DNA of 64,000 bases from assembly GCA_036785375.1 (NCBI GenBank), contig JAWMAR010000388.1, positions 248,001-312,000 of the forward strand, given 5' to 3'. Position 1 is the stretch's first letter, and every line of letters starts with the position of its first letter. The notes beneath the pieces are model-generated. The model did no database searches. It saw only the letters and a program-made list of their open reading frames with translations, and was not told the origin of the DNA. The stretch comes from Leucoraja ocellata (Eukaryota). This document shows, piece after piece, positions 23,531 through 36,420 of this stretch. A program made the translations under genes and the position numbers.

Positions 23531-24868
23531 GAAGGAAATAGGCGGCGTTTCGAGCCAAAACCCTTCTTCAGACTGATAGGGGGTGGGGGGAAGAAGGAAG
23601 GAAAAAGGGAGGAGGAGGAGCCCGAGGGTGGGGGGGATGGTAGGAGATAGCTCGAGGGTTAAGGAAGGGGAGGAGACAGCAAGGGTTAGCAAAACTGGGA
23701 GAATTCAACGTTCATGCCATCCGGACGCAAGCAACCCAGGCGGAATATGAGGTGCTGTTCCTCCAATTTCCGGTGTTGCGCACTCTGGCAATGGAGGAGA
23801 CCCAGGACAGAGAGGTTGGATTGAGAATGGGAGGGGGAGTTGAAGTGTTGAGCCACCGGGAGTTCAGGTAGATTATTGCGGACTGAGCGGAGGTGTTCGG
23901 CGAAACGATCGCCCAACCTCCGCTTAGTCTCCCCGATGTAAATCAGCTGACATCTAGAGCAGCGGATGCAGTAGATGAGGTTGGGGGAGGTACAGGTGAA
24001 CCTTTGTCGCACCTGGAACGACTGCTTGGGTCCTTGAATGGAGTCGAGGAGGGAGGTGAAGGGACAGGTGTTGCATTTCTAGCGGTTGCAACGGAAAGTG
24101 CCCGGGGAGGGGGTGGTACGGGAGGGAAGGGAAGAATTGACAAGGGAGTTGCGTAGGGAGTGGTCTTTGCGGAAGACAGACATAAGGGGAGATGGGAAGA
24201 TGTGGCGAGTGGTGGGGTCACGTTGGAGGTGGCGGAAATGGCGGAGGATTATTTGTTGTATTTGCCGGCTGGTGGGGTGAAAGGTGAGGACCAGGGGGAC
24301 TCTGCCCTTGTTGCGAGTGCGGGGATGGGGAGAGAGAGCAGTGTTGCGAGGTATGGATGAGACCCTGGTGCGAGCCTCATCTATGGTGGCGGAGGGGAAT
24401 CCCCGTTCCCTGAAGAACGAGGACATTTCCGATGCCCTGGTGTGGAACGTCTCATCCTGGGAGCAGATGCGGCGTAGGCGGAGGAATTGGGAGTAGGGGA
24501 TGGAGTCTTTACAGGGGGCAGGGTGGGAAGACATATAGTCCAGATAGCCATGCGAGTCAGTTGGTTTGTAGTGTATGTCGGTCAGAAGTCTGTCCCCTGC
24601 GATGGAGATGGTGAGGTCAAGGAATGGTAGGGAAGTGTCGGAAATGGTCCAGGTGTATTTGAGTGCCGGATGGAAGTTGGTGGTGAAGTGGATGAAGTCA
24701 GTCAGTTGTGTGTGGGTGCAGGATGTGGCCCCAAAGCAGTCGTCAATGTACCGGAGGTAGAGGTCGGGGATGGGGCCCTGGTACGTATTGAACAAGGATT
24801 GTTCAACGTACCCGACAAAGAGGCAGGCGTAGCTGGGGCCCATGCGTGTGCCCATAGCTACGCCTTGT
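23531..24868 (-). mobile_element. 5'-truncated Penelope-like element (RT C-terminal half plus GIY-YIG endonuclease)
   Basis: MGTRMGPSYACLF...YLRYIDD; NLIYCIRCSRCQLIYIGETKRRLGDRFAEH. Confidence 0.95.
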
Positions 24869-25456
24869 CTTTACTTCTCCTTTTCTTTACTATGTTAACC
24901 TCAATAACTGTGTCTATCTGTGATTCCACACCGCTGCTTTGAAGTATGCCGTGCATGCGTGCTGAGCGGGCTCTTCACGTAATCTCTCATCGTAACTACT
25001 CATAAATTACAGTTCAAACTTCAAACTGGTAAGTTCTCGTTTAATCTTACTATTTTATGTTCCAGGCCACTCGTCACCTGATTCTGAAACATTTTATTTC
25101 TATGGTTGTGTTGCACCATATGCTTGTAAGAAGTCGATAAAAGGGAGATCAAATCAATAAGAATTGGTCTGCTTTACCTGCTAGAAGGAGTCACATTTAT
25201 TCCAGAGGTGCTGTTTCCGACATATTTGAAATCCACATTTTGAGCGTTATTGTTGGCGCAATTTTACAAAATTTAAGTATGAGTTTTTTTGCCGTTATGA
25301 AACCATAATTAAGTAGAGATTTTTGAAACGTATTTTGCTTATTCCCATCTTCCATTGATCAAAAGACAATCATTTCTGTATAAGGTTCGAGTATTCTATT
25401 AAGTAGTTTTGTAAAAATGTAAAAAATGTAATTCCAAAATTTGTAACGTTTTAAAC

Positions 25457-28312
25457 AGGAGTCAACATGAATTTATGAAAGGGAAATCATGCTTGACTAA
25501 CCTTCTGGAATTTTTTGAGGATGTGACCAGTAAAATGGAAGAAGGGGTGCCAGTGGATGTAGTGAATCTAGACTTTCAGAAAGCTTTCAGAAAATTGGTT
25601 GGCAGACCGGAAGCAAAGAGGAGGAGTGAACGGGTCCTTTTCAGAATGGCAGGCAGTGGCGAGTGGAGTGCCGCAAAGCTCGGTGTTGGGGATGCAACTG
25701 TTTACCATGTATATTAATGATTTGGAAGAGAGAATTTTGCGTGCAGGTACAGCAGGTGGTGAAGAAAGCTAATGGAATGTTGGCCTTCATAACCATATAA
25801 CCATATAACAATTACAGCACGGAAACAGGCCATCTCGACACTTCTAGTCCGTGCCGAACACGTATTCTCCCCTAGTCCCATACACCTGCGCTCAGACCAT
25901 AACCTTCCATTCCCTTCCCGTTCATATAACTATCCAATTGATTTTTAAATGATAAAAATGAACCTGCCTCCACCACCTTCACTGGAAGCTCAGTAAAGAA
26001 GTTCCCCCTCATGTTACCCCTAAACTTCAGTCCCTTAATTCTCAAGTCATGTCCTCTTGTTTGAATCTTCACTACTCTCAGTGGGAAAAGCTTTTCCACG
26101 TCAACTCTGTCTATCCCTCTCATCATTTTAAAAACCTCTATAAAGTTCCCCCTTAACCTTGTGCGCTCCAAAGAATAAAGCCCTAACTTGTTCAACCTTT
26201 CTCTGTAACTTAGTTTCTGAAACCCAGGCAACATTCTAGTAAATCTCCTCTATACTCTCTCTATTTTGTTGACATCCTTCCTATAATTAGGCGACCAAAA
26301 TTGTGCACCATACTCCAGAATTGGCCTCACCACTGCCTTGTACAATTTTAACATTACATCCCAACTTCTATACTCAATGCTCTGATTTATAAAGGCCAGC
26401 ACACCAAAAGCTTTATTTACCACCCTATCTACATGAGATTCCACTTTCAGGGAACTGTGCACAGTTATTCCCAGATCCCTCTGTTCACCTACATTCTTCA
26501 ATTCCCTACCATTGACCATGTACGTCCTATTTTGATTTGTCCTGCCAAGATGTAGCACCTCACACTTATCAGTATTAAACTCCATCTGCCATCTTTCAGC
26601 CCACTCTTCCAACTGGCATAAATCTCTCTGTAGACTTTGAAACTCTACTTCATTACCCACAAACCCACCTATCTTAGTATCATCTGCATACTTACTAATC
26701 CAATTTAGTCAACCATGACCTTCCAGGCACAAATCCATGTTGACTGTTCCTAATCAGACCCTGCTTATCCAGATGCTTATATATATTATCTCTAAGTATT
26801 CTTTCCATTAATTTGCCCACCACTGACGTCAAACTAACAGGTCTATAATTGCTAGGTTACCTCTTAGACCCCTTTTTAAACAATGGAACAACATGCGCAG
26901 TACGCCAATCCCCCGGCACTATTCCCGTTTCTAATGACACTTGAAATATTTCTGCCATAGCCCCGGCTATTTCTACACTAACTTCCCTCAATGTCCTAGG
27001 GAATATCCTGTCCGGACCTGGAGACTTATCCACTTTTATATTTCTCAAAAGTGTCAGTACTTCCTCTTCTTTGAATCTCATAGTTTCCATAGCTACTCTA
27101 CTTGTTTCCCTTACCTCACATTATTCAATATCCTTCTCCTTGGTGAATACCGAATAAAAGAAACTGTTCAATATCTCCCCCATCTCTTTTGGCTCTGCAG
27201 ATAGTTGTCCACTCTGACTCTCTAATGGACCAATTTTATCCCTCGTTATCCTTTTGCTATTAATATAGCGGTAGAAACCCTTCGGATTTACTTTTACCTT
27301 ACTTACCAAAGCAACCTCATATCTTCTATTGTAGATCTCCCTCTATTTCCGAACCAAGTGTCCAATTTCCCTTGAAAACCATGGCTCTTTACAATTTTTA
27401 CGATTTCCTTTCAACCGAACAGGGACATAAAGATTTTGTACTCTTAAAATTTCACCTTTAAATGTACTCCATTTCTCTTCCACATCTTTCCCATAAAACA
27501 AACTGTCCCAATTTACTCCTTTTAAATCCTTTCGCATCTCCTCAAAGTTAGCCTTTCTCCAATCAAAAATCTCAACCCTAGGTCCAGTTCTGTCCCTCTC
27601 CATAATTATATTGAAACTAATGGTATTGTGATCACTGGACCCGAACTGTTCCCCAACGCATACCTCTGCCATCTCTGGACCCATCTCATTTCCTAACAGG
27701 AGGTCCATCACCGCCCCTTCTCTAGTAGGTACTTCTATGTATTGCTGCAAAAAACTCCTGCACACATTTTACAAACAAGAGGATTTCAGTATGGGATTCA
27801 AGAGGTTCTTCTGCAGTTGTCTAGGGCTCTGGTGAGACCACACCTGGAATATTGTGCACAGTTTTGGTCTCCTAATTTGAGGAAGGACATCCTTGTGATT
27901 GAGGCAGTGCAGCGTAGGTTCGCGAGATTGATCCCTGGGAAGGCGGGACTGTCATAGGAGGAAAGATTGAAAAGACTAGGCTTGTATTCACTGGTATTTA
28001 GAAGGATGAGGGGCAAATCTTATGGAAACATCTACAATTATTAATGGACTGAACAAGCTAGATGCAGGAAAAATGTTCCCTATGTGGGGCGAGTCCAGAA
28101 CCAGGGGCCAGCCTTAGAATAAAGGGGAGGTCATTTAAGGCTGAGGTGAGAAAAAACTTTTTCACCCAGAGTTGTGAATTTATGGAATTCCCTGCCACAG
28201 AGAGCAGTGGAGGCCAAGTCTCTGGATGGATTTAATAGAGTTAGATAGAGCTCTAGGGGCTAGTGGAATCAAGGGATATGGGGAGAAGGCAGGCACGGGT
28301 TATTGCTAGGGG
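25457..28312 (+). mobile_element. Internally deleted CR1 (+) interrupted by an opposite-strand CR1
   Basis: ggccttcata|...|acaagaggatttcag is continuous across the insert. Confidence 0.85.
25791..27772 (-). mobile_element. CR1 (TTATATGG-tail subfamily), EN end plus RT with internal deletions
   Basis: ORFs 25872-27765: PTREGAVMDLLL, GSSDHN, KSPGPD. Confidence 0.93.
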
Positions 28313-28834
28313 ATGATAATTTGGGTTATTTTACAGATGAATGCAAGCAACAGGATATCTGAACAGAGGATACAACCGGGACATGGATTTCTTCCCCTCC
28401 CCTTTCCTTTGATTAGCTTTTCGAATTCCAATCAGTACCTGAAGAATTACTGCAGTTGTGTGACATTTTACGTTAACGCTGATACCGACAGATATGAACG
28501 GTAGTTCATTTACAATGTACTTTCTGGTCATATCGCTAGCCGACATTACCCTGCTTCAGTGCTGGACTGGTGAGGAGAGGGGCATCAATTCACTGGTCGA
28601 TCCACAAGTCCAAGGCAGCAGCCTGGAGCTTGCCTGGATTGGGCAATGCCCATAAGGTCTAGAGCGCAGACAGGACTTTGCAGAAAGTGCCAAAACCTGG
28701 CACCTCTTATGTGCGGCGAGCTCAGTAGACTATTTCTGTACACTTTGCTAATGGGGAATTGTGCTTGTATATGGACTGTATGTAAGAAAGGCACTGTTTA
28801 TTTGCACACGTGACAATGAAACCACCATTGAGGG

Positions 28835-29280
28835 TGGGCCCACAAGTTACAATTCTGAATTGGAGCAAGGCTGACTTTCATGGTATTAGATGGGTTGTTT
28901 GCTGGCAAAGGTAAATGGGATGTTTTTAAAAGTGGTGACAAGAGTTCAGGGCATGCATGTTCTTCTTCGAGTGAAGGGAAAGCAGATGGGAGTTACTTGG
29001 ATGACGAGAGAAATTGAAGCTCTTGTCAGGATAAAGGAGGAATCGGGCAGGTGTTGGAAGCTGGGACCTTAAGGCGTATGAAGGAGGATAAATCTTGGCC
29101 AGAACAGATATTATATCCAAGGACATTGTGAGAAGCTCGAGAAATTTCAAACTCCCTGGCTGAGGTATACGAGTGATCATTAGTGAAGTTGCGGAAGAAT
29201 GGAGGGTGGCTAATGTTGCGGATCTATTGAAGAAGGGTTGCAATGAAAGGCCTGAGAACTACAAACTAGTGAGGGATCCA
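28835..29280 (+). mobile_element. Highly decayed CR1 pieces
   Basis: NWSKADF-like and EEWRVANV...LLKKG remnants. Confidence 0.55.
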
Positions 29281-29554
29281 GAAGGGAGTGTTAGAGGAGC
29301 CTCGGCCTTTGGGCTTGTCTACCACGTCTGACATTGTTGCTCCCTGTGCAGACAATTGTGGCGGCTGTAGGAAGGATCAGCAATGGCACTGTGGATCAGA
29401 CAGCCCTTCAAGAGGGACTCAATTAAAAAGCAGATCCTCAGAATCAGAATCTCTGGCTTACTACCTGAGCCACTAACAAGCAAATTGCTTCAACGTGTGG
29501 CTCAAAGATTGGTCTGAGAGAAGTTGGTTCAAATTGGTGGGACACTGTGGTATA

Positions 29555-31603
29555 AGTACATCCATGGATAACAAGGGAAATCAGGGATAGTATCAAAGCA
29601 AAGGATGATGCGTACAAACTAGCCAGAAAAAGCAGCATACCGGAGAACTGGGAGAAATTCAGAGACCAGCAGAGGAGGACGAAGGGCTTAATTAGGAAAG
29701 GAAAAATGGATTATGAAAGAAAACTAGCAGGGAACATAAAAACTGACTGCAAACGTTTTTATAGATATGTGAAAAGAAAGAGATTAGTTAAAACAAATGT
29801 AGGTCCCTTGCAGTCAGAAACAGGTGAGTTGATCATGGGGAACCAGGATATGGCGGACCAATTGAATAACTACTTTGGTTTCGTCTTCACTAAGGAAGAC
29901 ATAAATGATCTGCCGGAAATAGCAGGGGCCCGCGGGTCAAAGGAGGTGGAGGAATTGAGTGAAATCCATGTTAGTCGGGAAGTGGTGTTGGGTAAATTGA
30001 ATGGATTAAAGGCCGATAAATCTCCAGGGCCAGATAGGCTGCATCCCAGAGTACTTAAGGAAGTAGCTCCAGAAATAGTGGATGCATTAGTAATAATCTT
30101 TCAAAACTCTCTAGATTCTGGAGTAGTTCCAGAGGATTGGCGGGTAGCAAACGTAACCCCACTTTTTAAGAAGGGAGGGAGAGAGAAAACGGGGAATTAC
30201 AGACCAGTTAGTCTAACATCGGTAGTGGGGAAACTGCTAGAGTCAGTTATTAAAGATGGGATAGCAGCACATTTGGAAAGTGGTGAAATCATTGGACAAA
30301 GTCAGCATGGATTTACGAAAGGTAAATCATGTCTGACGAATCTTATAGAATTTTTCGAGGATGTAACTAGTAGCGTGGATAGGGGAGAACCAGTGGATGT
30401 TGTGTATCTGGACTTCCAGAAGGCTTTCGACAAGGTCCCACATAAGAGATTAGTATACAAACTTAAAGCACATGGCATTGGGGTTCAGTATTAATGTGGA
30501 TAGAGAACTGGCTGGCAAACAGGAAGCAAAGAGTAGGAGTAAACGGGTCCTTTTCACAATGGCAGGCAGTGACTAGTGGGGTACCGCAAGGCTCAGTACT
30601 GGGACCCCAGCTATTTACAATATATATTAATGATCTGGATGAGGGAATTGAAGGCAATATTTCCAAGCTTGTGGATGACACTAAGCTGGGGGGCAGTGTT
30701 AGGTGTGAGGAGGATGCTAGGAGACTGCAAGGTGACTTGGATAGGCTGGGTGAGTGGGCAAATGTTTGGCAGATGCAGTATAATGTGGATAAATGTGAGG
30801 TTATCCATTTTGGTGGCAAAAACGGGAAAGCAGATTATTATCTAAATGGTGGCCGATTGGGAAAGGGGGAGATACAGCGAGACCTGGGTGTCATGGTACA
30901 CCAGTCATTGAAAGTAGGCATGCAGGTGCAGCAGGCAGTAAAGAAAGCAAATGGTATGTTGGCTTTCATAGCAAGAGGATTTGAGTATAGGAGCAGGGAG
31001 GTTCTACTGCAGTTGTACAGGGTCTTGGTGAGACCACACCTGGAGTATTGCGTGCAGTTTTGGTCTCCAAATCTGAGGAAGGACATTATTGCCATAGAGG
31101 GAGTACAGAGAAGGTTCACCAGACTGATTCCTGGGATGTCAGGACTGTCTTATGAAGAAAGACTGGATAGACTTGGTTTATACTCTCTAGAATTTAGGAG
31201 ATTGAGAGGGGATCTTATAGAAACTTACAAAATTCTTAAGGGGTTGGACAGGCTAGATGCAGGAAGATTGTTCCCGGTGTTGGGGAAGTCCAGGACAAGG
31301 GGTCACAGCTTAAGGATAAGGGGGAAATCCTTTAGAACCGAGATGAGGAGAACTTTTTTCACACAGAGAGTGGTGAATCTCTGGAACTCTCTGCCACAGA
31401 GGGTAGTTGAGGCCAGTTCATTGGCTATATTTAAGAGGGAGTTAGATGTGGCCCTTGTGGCCAAGGGGATCAGAGGGTATGGAGAGAAGGCAGGTATGGG
31501 ATACTGAGTTGGATGATCAGCCATGATCATATTGAATGGCGGTGCAGGCTCGAAGGGCCGAATGACCTACTCCTGCACCTAATTTCTATGTTTCTATGTT
31601 TAC
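29555..31603 (+). mobile_element. Young CR1 LINE, 5'-truncated ORF2 with one frameshift (~30480)
   Basis: ORFs 29706-30494 and 30494-31507 cover the RT; catalytic motif reads LVDD; tttctatg tail. Confidence 0.96.
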
Positions 31604-31838
31604 TCCCCCTCTTCCCCACACTCCTCCTCTTCCCCACACTCCCCCTCTCCCACCGTAAATGAAAAACATTCAAATTAAGGATCATTCTAAATATATTTTA
31701 TATAAAATAATGATCAATATTTTAAAACACTATTAACATTTATGACAGAAATTGACCTTGTTGCAGGAAATCAACTTTGAATTGAGATTACATCGAGGTT
31801 GTTAGTGTTGCACAGCGCGGGGTAGCTGACCTCCAGAA

Positions 31839-31952
31839 TCACATCGCTCCTTCTCCGTGGACACGGAACCAGTAGAGGCAAGTGTATTCTGGATAGCCTC
31901 AGTTGTTATGCACCCGCAGTTCAATTAGTTTGACTGCTGCAGCATCTTTATT
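31839..31952 (-). pseudogene. SUN2: SUN-domain terminal exon with premature stop
   Basis: ttgtag|NKDAAAVKLIELRVHNN*GYPEYTCLYWFRVHGEGAM* versus the SUN consensus ELRILTNWGHPEYTCIYRFRVHGE; Trp>TGA at 31899-31901. Confidence 0.93.
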
Positions 31953-32448
31953 CTACAAAGCAAAAAAAAAATGACGACAGATCAGGGAACCTGTGCTTCA
32001 GTATGAAAGTACTGCAGGCAGGAGAGAAGATGGATTAGCTTCAAACCAGACTTAAAACATCCTACTGATCATGGATTTCAGAACATTCTATTCAATTACA
32101 TACAGCATTGATAACAAGCATTTTATTATGGAAAAGGTCGATGCTTTAGAGGTATGAGAAGAACATAGATCTCAAATGACAGCAGCTAAATACTGGGAGC
32201 AACAGCTTTACTGCATGTAGCACCGTGGATGGGGAGAGAACATGCTTACTTACACAGGCTTGCTTTGTGGCAACTGACAAATTGTGAATAAAGTGGCCAT
32301 GAAAAATAAACTTCTATTCTGGAAAGATAAAATGCTGGAGTAACTCAGTGGGTCGGCAGCATTCCTGGACCTGCCTGACCTGCTGAGTTACTCCAGCATG
32401 TTGTGTCTTTCCTCGGTAAACCAGCATCTGCAGATTCTTGTTTCTACA

Positions 32449-32542
32449 ATCTGTAATCTGGATTGGTTCAGCAAGTTTGATGTAGATGCTTCAAGTAGAT
32501 CAGCCACCGATCCAGCTCTCCTCGGTTTCCCTATCTTTGCAT
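32449..32542 (-). pseudogene. Degenerate penultimate SUN-domain exon
   Basis: ttttcag| acceptor; frameshifted ...LL...YIKLAEPIQ resembles SUN LLGKFTYDQDGEPIQ; donor side replaced by a PLE repeat. Confidence 0.45.
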
Positions 32543-34659
32543 CTGAAAACATGTTTATCCTTGACCAGATTGCATGAATGGTCAATTTTAAAAAGTATCT
32601 CTGCGCACCTGCTGCCTGACCCGAGTATTTCTAGCATTGTGTTTCAGTCCTCCATCACCTGCAGATTTGCAATTTTCTATTTGTAACTTGTCATTTGTTC
32701 CAGTCAATATGATATTTGCAATAATACGAGTCTGAAGAAGGGTCTCAAACCGTAACTCCTCCCATTCCTTCTCTCCAAAGATGCTGCCTGTCCCACTGAG
32801 TTACTCCTGCATTTTGTGTTCATCTGCAGCATAAAGCATCTGCAGCATCAACATTTCCTTCTTACACAATGCGCTATTTGCAAATCACAAACTCCTGACA
32901 TACTTGCCAAACATATTTAATCTTCAGCAAAAGACACATGTGAGAGAACTTACTGAGTCCGTCTGATCTCTTGGTGCAGGGGGCGGAAATCCTGGGGGAT
33001 ACAAGGGGGGACTCGTGCTTTGAGAGGTGGGGGACAATCCCCCCCATGTTTTGTCATCCAGACTTTATCAGCCACTTTCTAAGGGCTGAATCGGCCCATT
33101 CGCGGGGCCTTTCAGCGCCCGTCACGGCTTAAAATCAAACTGCTGCATCGAGGCGATCAAGGCTCCCGATGATGAAGCCTCCGCCGGCCGATGAAAGACC
33201 CCGTGAACGGGCCGATTCAAGCCCATGGCCCAAGCCTCGCACTAATGCATCTCGCTCTCTCCTCCAGCCCAGTGCGCCGCTTGACTCGGGGGTGATTCGG
33301 TACAGCGTGGAGTCGGTGCCCGATGATCAGAGGGAACCGAGACCGGGTCATCACCAGGGATGTGGTTCTCTATCTGGAAGGCAGTGGGTCTGCTGCGGCT
33401 GTTGAGAGGGAGAGGGGGAGAGGGCCAAGGTCACTGCCTGAATGGTTGTTGGAAGCAGAACTCACATTTACTGGGCACCTGGACCAGCAGAAGAAGAGGC
33501 TGTGAGCGAGATTCACCTGGCCTCCCAGCACGTAAAACAGAAGCTGGGAACTATAGGTCAATTGACAGGTACATGGATGGGACAGGTTTGGAGGGATATG
33601 GACCAAACGCAGGCAGGTGGGACCAGTGTAGCTGGGACATGTTGGCGGGGGTGGGCGAGTTGGGCCGAAGGGTCTGTTCCCACACTGTATCACTCTTTGA
33701 TTCTAATTCATCCAGCACTCATAGTTCGCAAGAGGAAATAACTAATCATTTGGTCAGCTGCATCTAATCAAATGTAGCCGACATGGTTTATTGAAAATCA
33801 TGTGTGACAAAACTTGACAGGATGTGATAGGGAGTTGATAAGGGAAACGTGTAAATATAGTAGGAAGGAACTGCAAATGCTGGTTTAAACCAAAGATAGA
33901 CACAATAAGCTGGAGTAACTTAGCGGCTCAGACAGCATCTCTGGAGAAAAGGACTTTTCTATTTGTTTTCTCCAGAGATGCTGTCTGACCCGCTGTTACT
34001 CCAGCGTTTAGTGTCTATCTCCTGTAAATGTAGTGTGTATTTAGATCTCCAAAAGGCATTTGCCACATATGAGGCTGCTGCAAAAAAATGAAGAGCCCAA
34101 GATATTGGAGGAAGTGTGCTAACATGGACTGAAAGGTGGCAGTCATATAGAAAAATAAGTTAGAATAAATGCGTGAAAACTGCAGATGGAATAAATCTAA
34201 AAACATAATGCTGGGAGCACTGGGTCAGGCTGCATTTGTAGCCAGAGAAACAGAATTCATGTGTCAAGTCAAAGACCCTTCGTCAGAACTGGGGAGGTGA
34301 CAAAAGAAACTTGTTAAGCTGCACAGGTGGGTGGATGGCTCTGATAGTGTAAAAGCAGGTGACCATGGGGATAAGCTGCACACAAAGTTATCTGGTCAAG
34401 GAGTGAATAGGAGCGGTTAGGTGATAAGAAAAATAGACAAAAGATTGTAGCAGTTGCAAAATGCAGAGCAAGAAGACATGTCTAGGAAGGAACGGCAGAT
34501 GCTGGTTTAAACTGAAGATAGACAACGGGACAGGCTGCATCTCTGGAGAGAAGGAATGGGTGACGTTTCCGGTGGAGACGCTTTTCAGACAAGACATGTC
34601 TGGCAGGTCAGCATGGACATGCCCTCTACTTTTGGATAGAGATTTTAAAAACAAGCTAA

Positions 34660-34780
34660 CCCAATTGCAGGCAGCTCAGCAGTGCCCCATGGATCGAACA
34701 CAGGTCCTCCGCAAAGTAGAAACCCAACGTCTGTTTGGTTTCCCCAGTGTAGAGGAGGCCACGTCGTGAACACAGGGAAA
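34660..34780 (-). mobile_element. Old PLE GIY-YIG remnant
   Basis: CSRRGLLYTGETKQTLGFYFAEDL. Confidence 0.6.
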
Positions 34781-35001
34781 GGAGCAGAGGGGGAAAAGAA
34801 GAGACAGTGAGAGAAAGGGAAGAACGCAGTAGAGAGGGAGGGGGAGAGTGGGAGTTGAGTGTTAAAGAAGGGGAGGGAAGAGGGCAAGATACTTTCCACA
34901 CTTTCCTCTTCACCTCAATCTCTTTGATCATCTCCAAGGCAGAAGAAGTGGTAAGTTTTGGCCTTTTACAGTTAAATAAAAAACTATTTGGGAAAACTTA
35001 C

Positions 35002-35121
35002 ATCAGTCATACTTTTAAGTCTGCTTTCCAAAGCTTGCATGCTGGAGTCCATGTCCTTCTGTGCCACACGTGCAGCCTGCAGCTCCAGCCGTGTCTGGCT
35101 GTGGCCCAGACAAAATCTGTC
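35002..35121 (-). pseudogene. SUN2-like coiled-coil exon
   Basis: tgtatag| and |gtaagt, 120 nt, phase 0-0: DRFCLGHSQTRLELQAARVAQKDMDSSMQALESRLKSMTD; heptad pattern aligns by eye with SUN2 ELAALALKQ...QIQAVRDD. Confidence 0.7.
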
Positions 35122-35311
35122 CTATACAGGGCAAAGCAAGCCATCAGAGTGCAGGAGCCGAGGCAGCATGGTGGTGCAGCAGTAGAGCTACGGCCTTACA
35201 GCGCCAGAGACCCGGGTTCAATCCTGTAAGGGTGATTGTTGGTCTGCACGGACTCGGTGGGCTGAAAGGCGTGTTTCCACGTTGTACCTCGAAACGAAAG
35301 ACGATGTTGAC

Positions 35312-35375
35312 CTGTTGCACGCAGCAACCGACGAAGCCCCCACCCCCCCAGGGTCTGCTGCTACTCCACTCCTGG
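35312..35375 (-). pseudogene. Candidate SUN2-like 64-nt exon
   Basis: ctccag| and |gtcaac; phase 2-0, bridges the 44-nt and 120-nt exons in frame; protein similarity is weak. Confidence 0.45.
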
Positions 35376-35742
35376 CTGGAGACGCACAGAATCAGCGTTA
35401 TACTACTCACAGCTCAGCCACAGGCAAACCTGCTGCCGTGCCACAACCCCAGGGGAATCTTGATGCATCTGCAGATACTGTGGCCTACAACATCAACACG
35501 AAAACATTTGTGGCGTGACGTGGCGTGATGACGTATGACGCACGGTGTTTTTTCAAGTGTCACAACATTTTTTTTGTCGCCGCTGTATTTTGAAATGTTC
35601 AAAATCTTTTGGCGACACTGATATGACGCCAGCAGTCACTGAACAAAATTGCCAAGTGGGACAGGCCCTTAAATGAGTTATTTATCTCTATCGTTGTGAG
35701 CAGTTGATGCAGTCTGGAAACTGCCGCAGCTCAGCTCTGCAC

Positions 35743-35786
35743 CTTTCCACAGCTGATTCCATTTCCTTCACCTTCTGCAACAACAT
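35743..35786 (-). pseudogene. SUN2-like 44-nt coiled-coil exon
   Basis: ttcctag|MLLQKVKEMESAVE(S)|gtgcag; phase 0-2, compatible with the next exon. Confidence 0.6.
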
Positions 35787-36261
35787 CTAGGAATAGAAAT
35801 TAAAAACAAAGTTTATTTGCAAGTTTGGAGGCTTTTTAATTCTACTCGCAGCTACTTATGTCACAACATACACGTCAAAGTTACAAATATGTAATGCAGA
35901 AAAGTCACGTTTCCATACTTCATATTTCCTTATGACATAGGCCATTTCAGCCCATCAAATCATTGCCAGCTCTCAGAGAATCCCAGTCATTCACAAATTT
36001 TCCTTGAAACTAGTTCCTCATGAATTCCCGTCAATTGCCCGCAGAATCCACCATTCAAGTTAAAGCAAACTTCACTGAACTGTAGCAGCTTAACATCTAA
36101 AGGATGGGAAATGCAGGGAATTCTCTGCCCAAGTGGCTACGGAGACCAGTCCTTGAGACCAGTTCAACAGCGAGGTGACTGGCCTTAATATAACGGAATT
36201 GAGAGTATGGCATTAAATGTGCTGAGATAAATGGTCTGACTGAGAGGTAGAGCAGCTGAGG

Positions 36262-36420
36262 AGCAGCATGGTGGTGCAGCGGTAGAGTTGCTGCCTCACA
36301 GCACCAGAGCCCCAGGTTCGATCTGTACGGAGTTTTTACATTCTCCCAGTGAGCTATGTGGACTTTCTCCAGGTGCTCCGGCTTCCACCCACACTCCAAA
36401 GACGTACAGGTTTGTTAGCT
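36262..36420 (+). mobile_element. HE1-type SINE, 3'-interrupted
   Basis: gcagcatggtggtgcagcggtagagttgctgcctcacagc...ccacactccaaagacgtacagg. Confidence 0.8.

Noticed and set aside
29706-31507. Active autonomous CR1
   Set aside because: 5'-truncated with no endonuclease or ORF1, and frameshifted near 30480.
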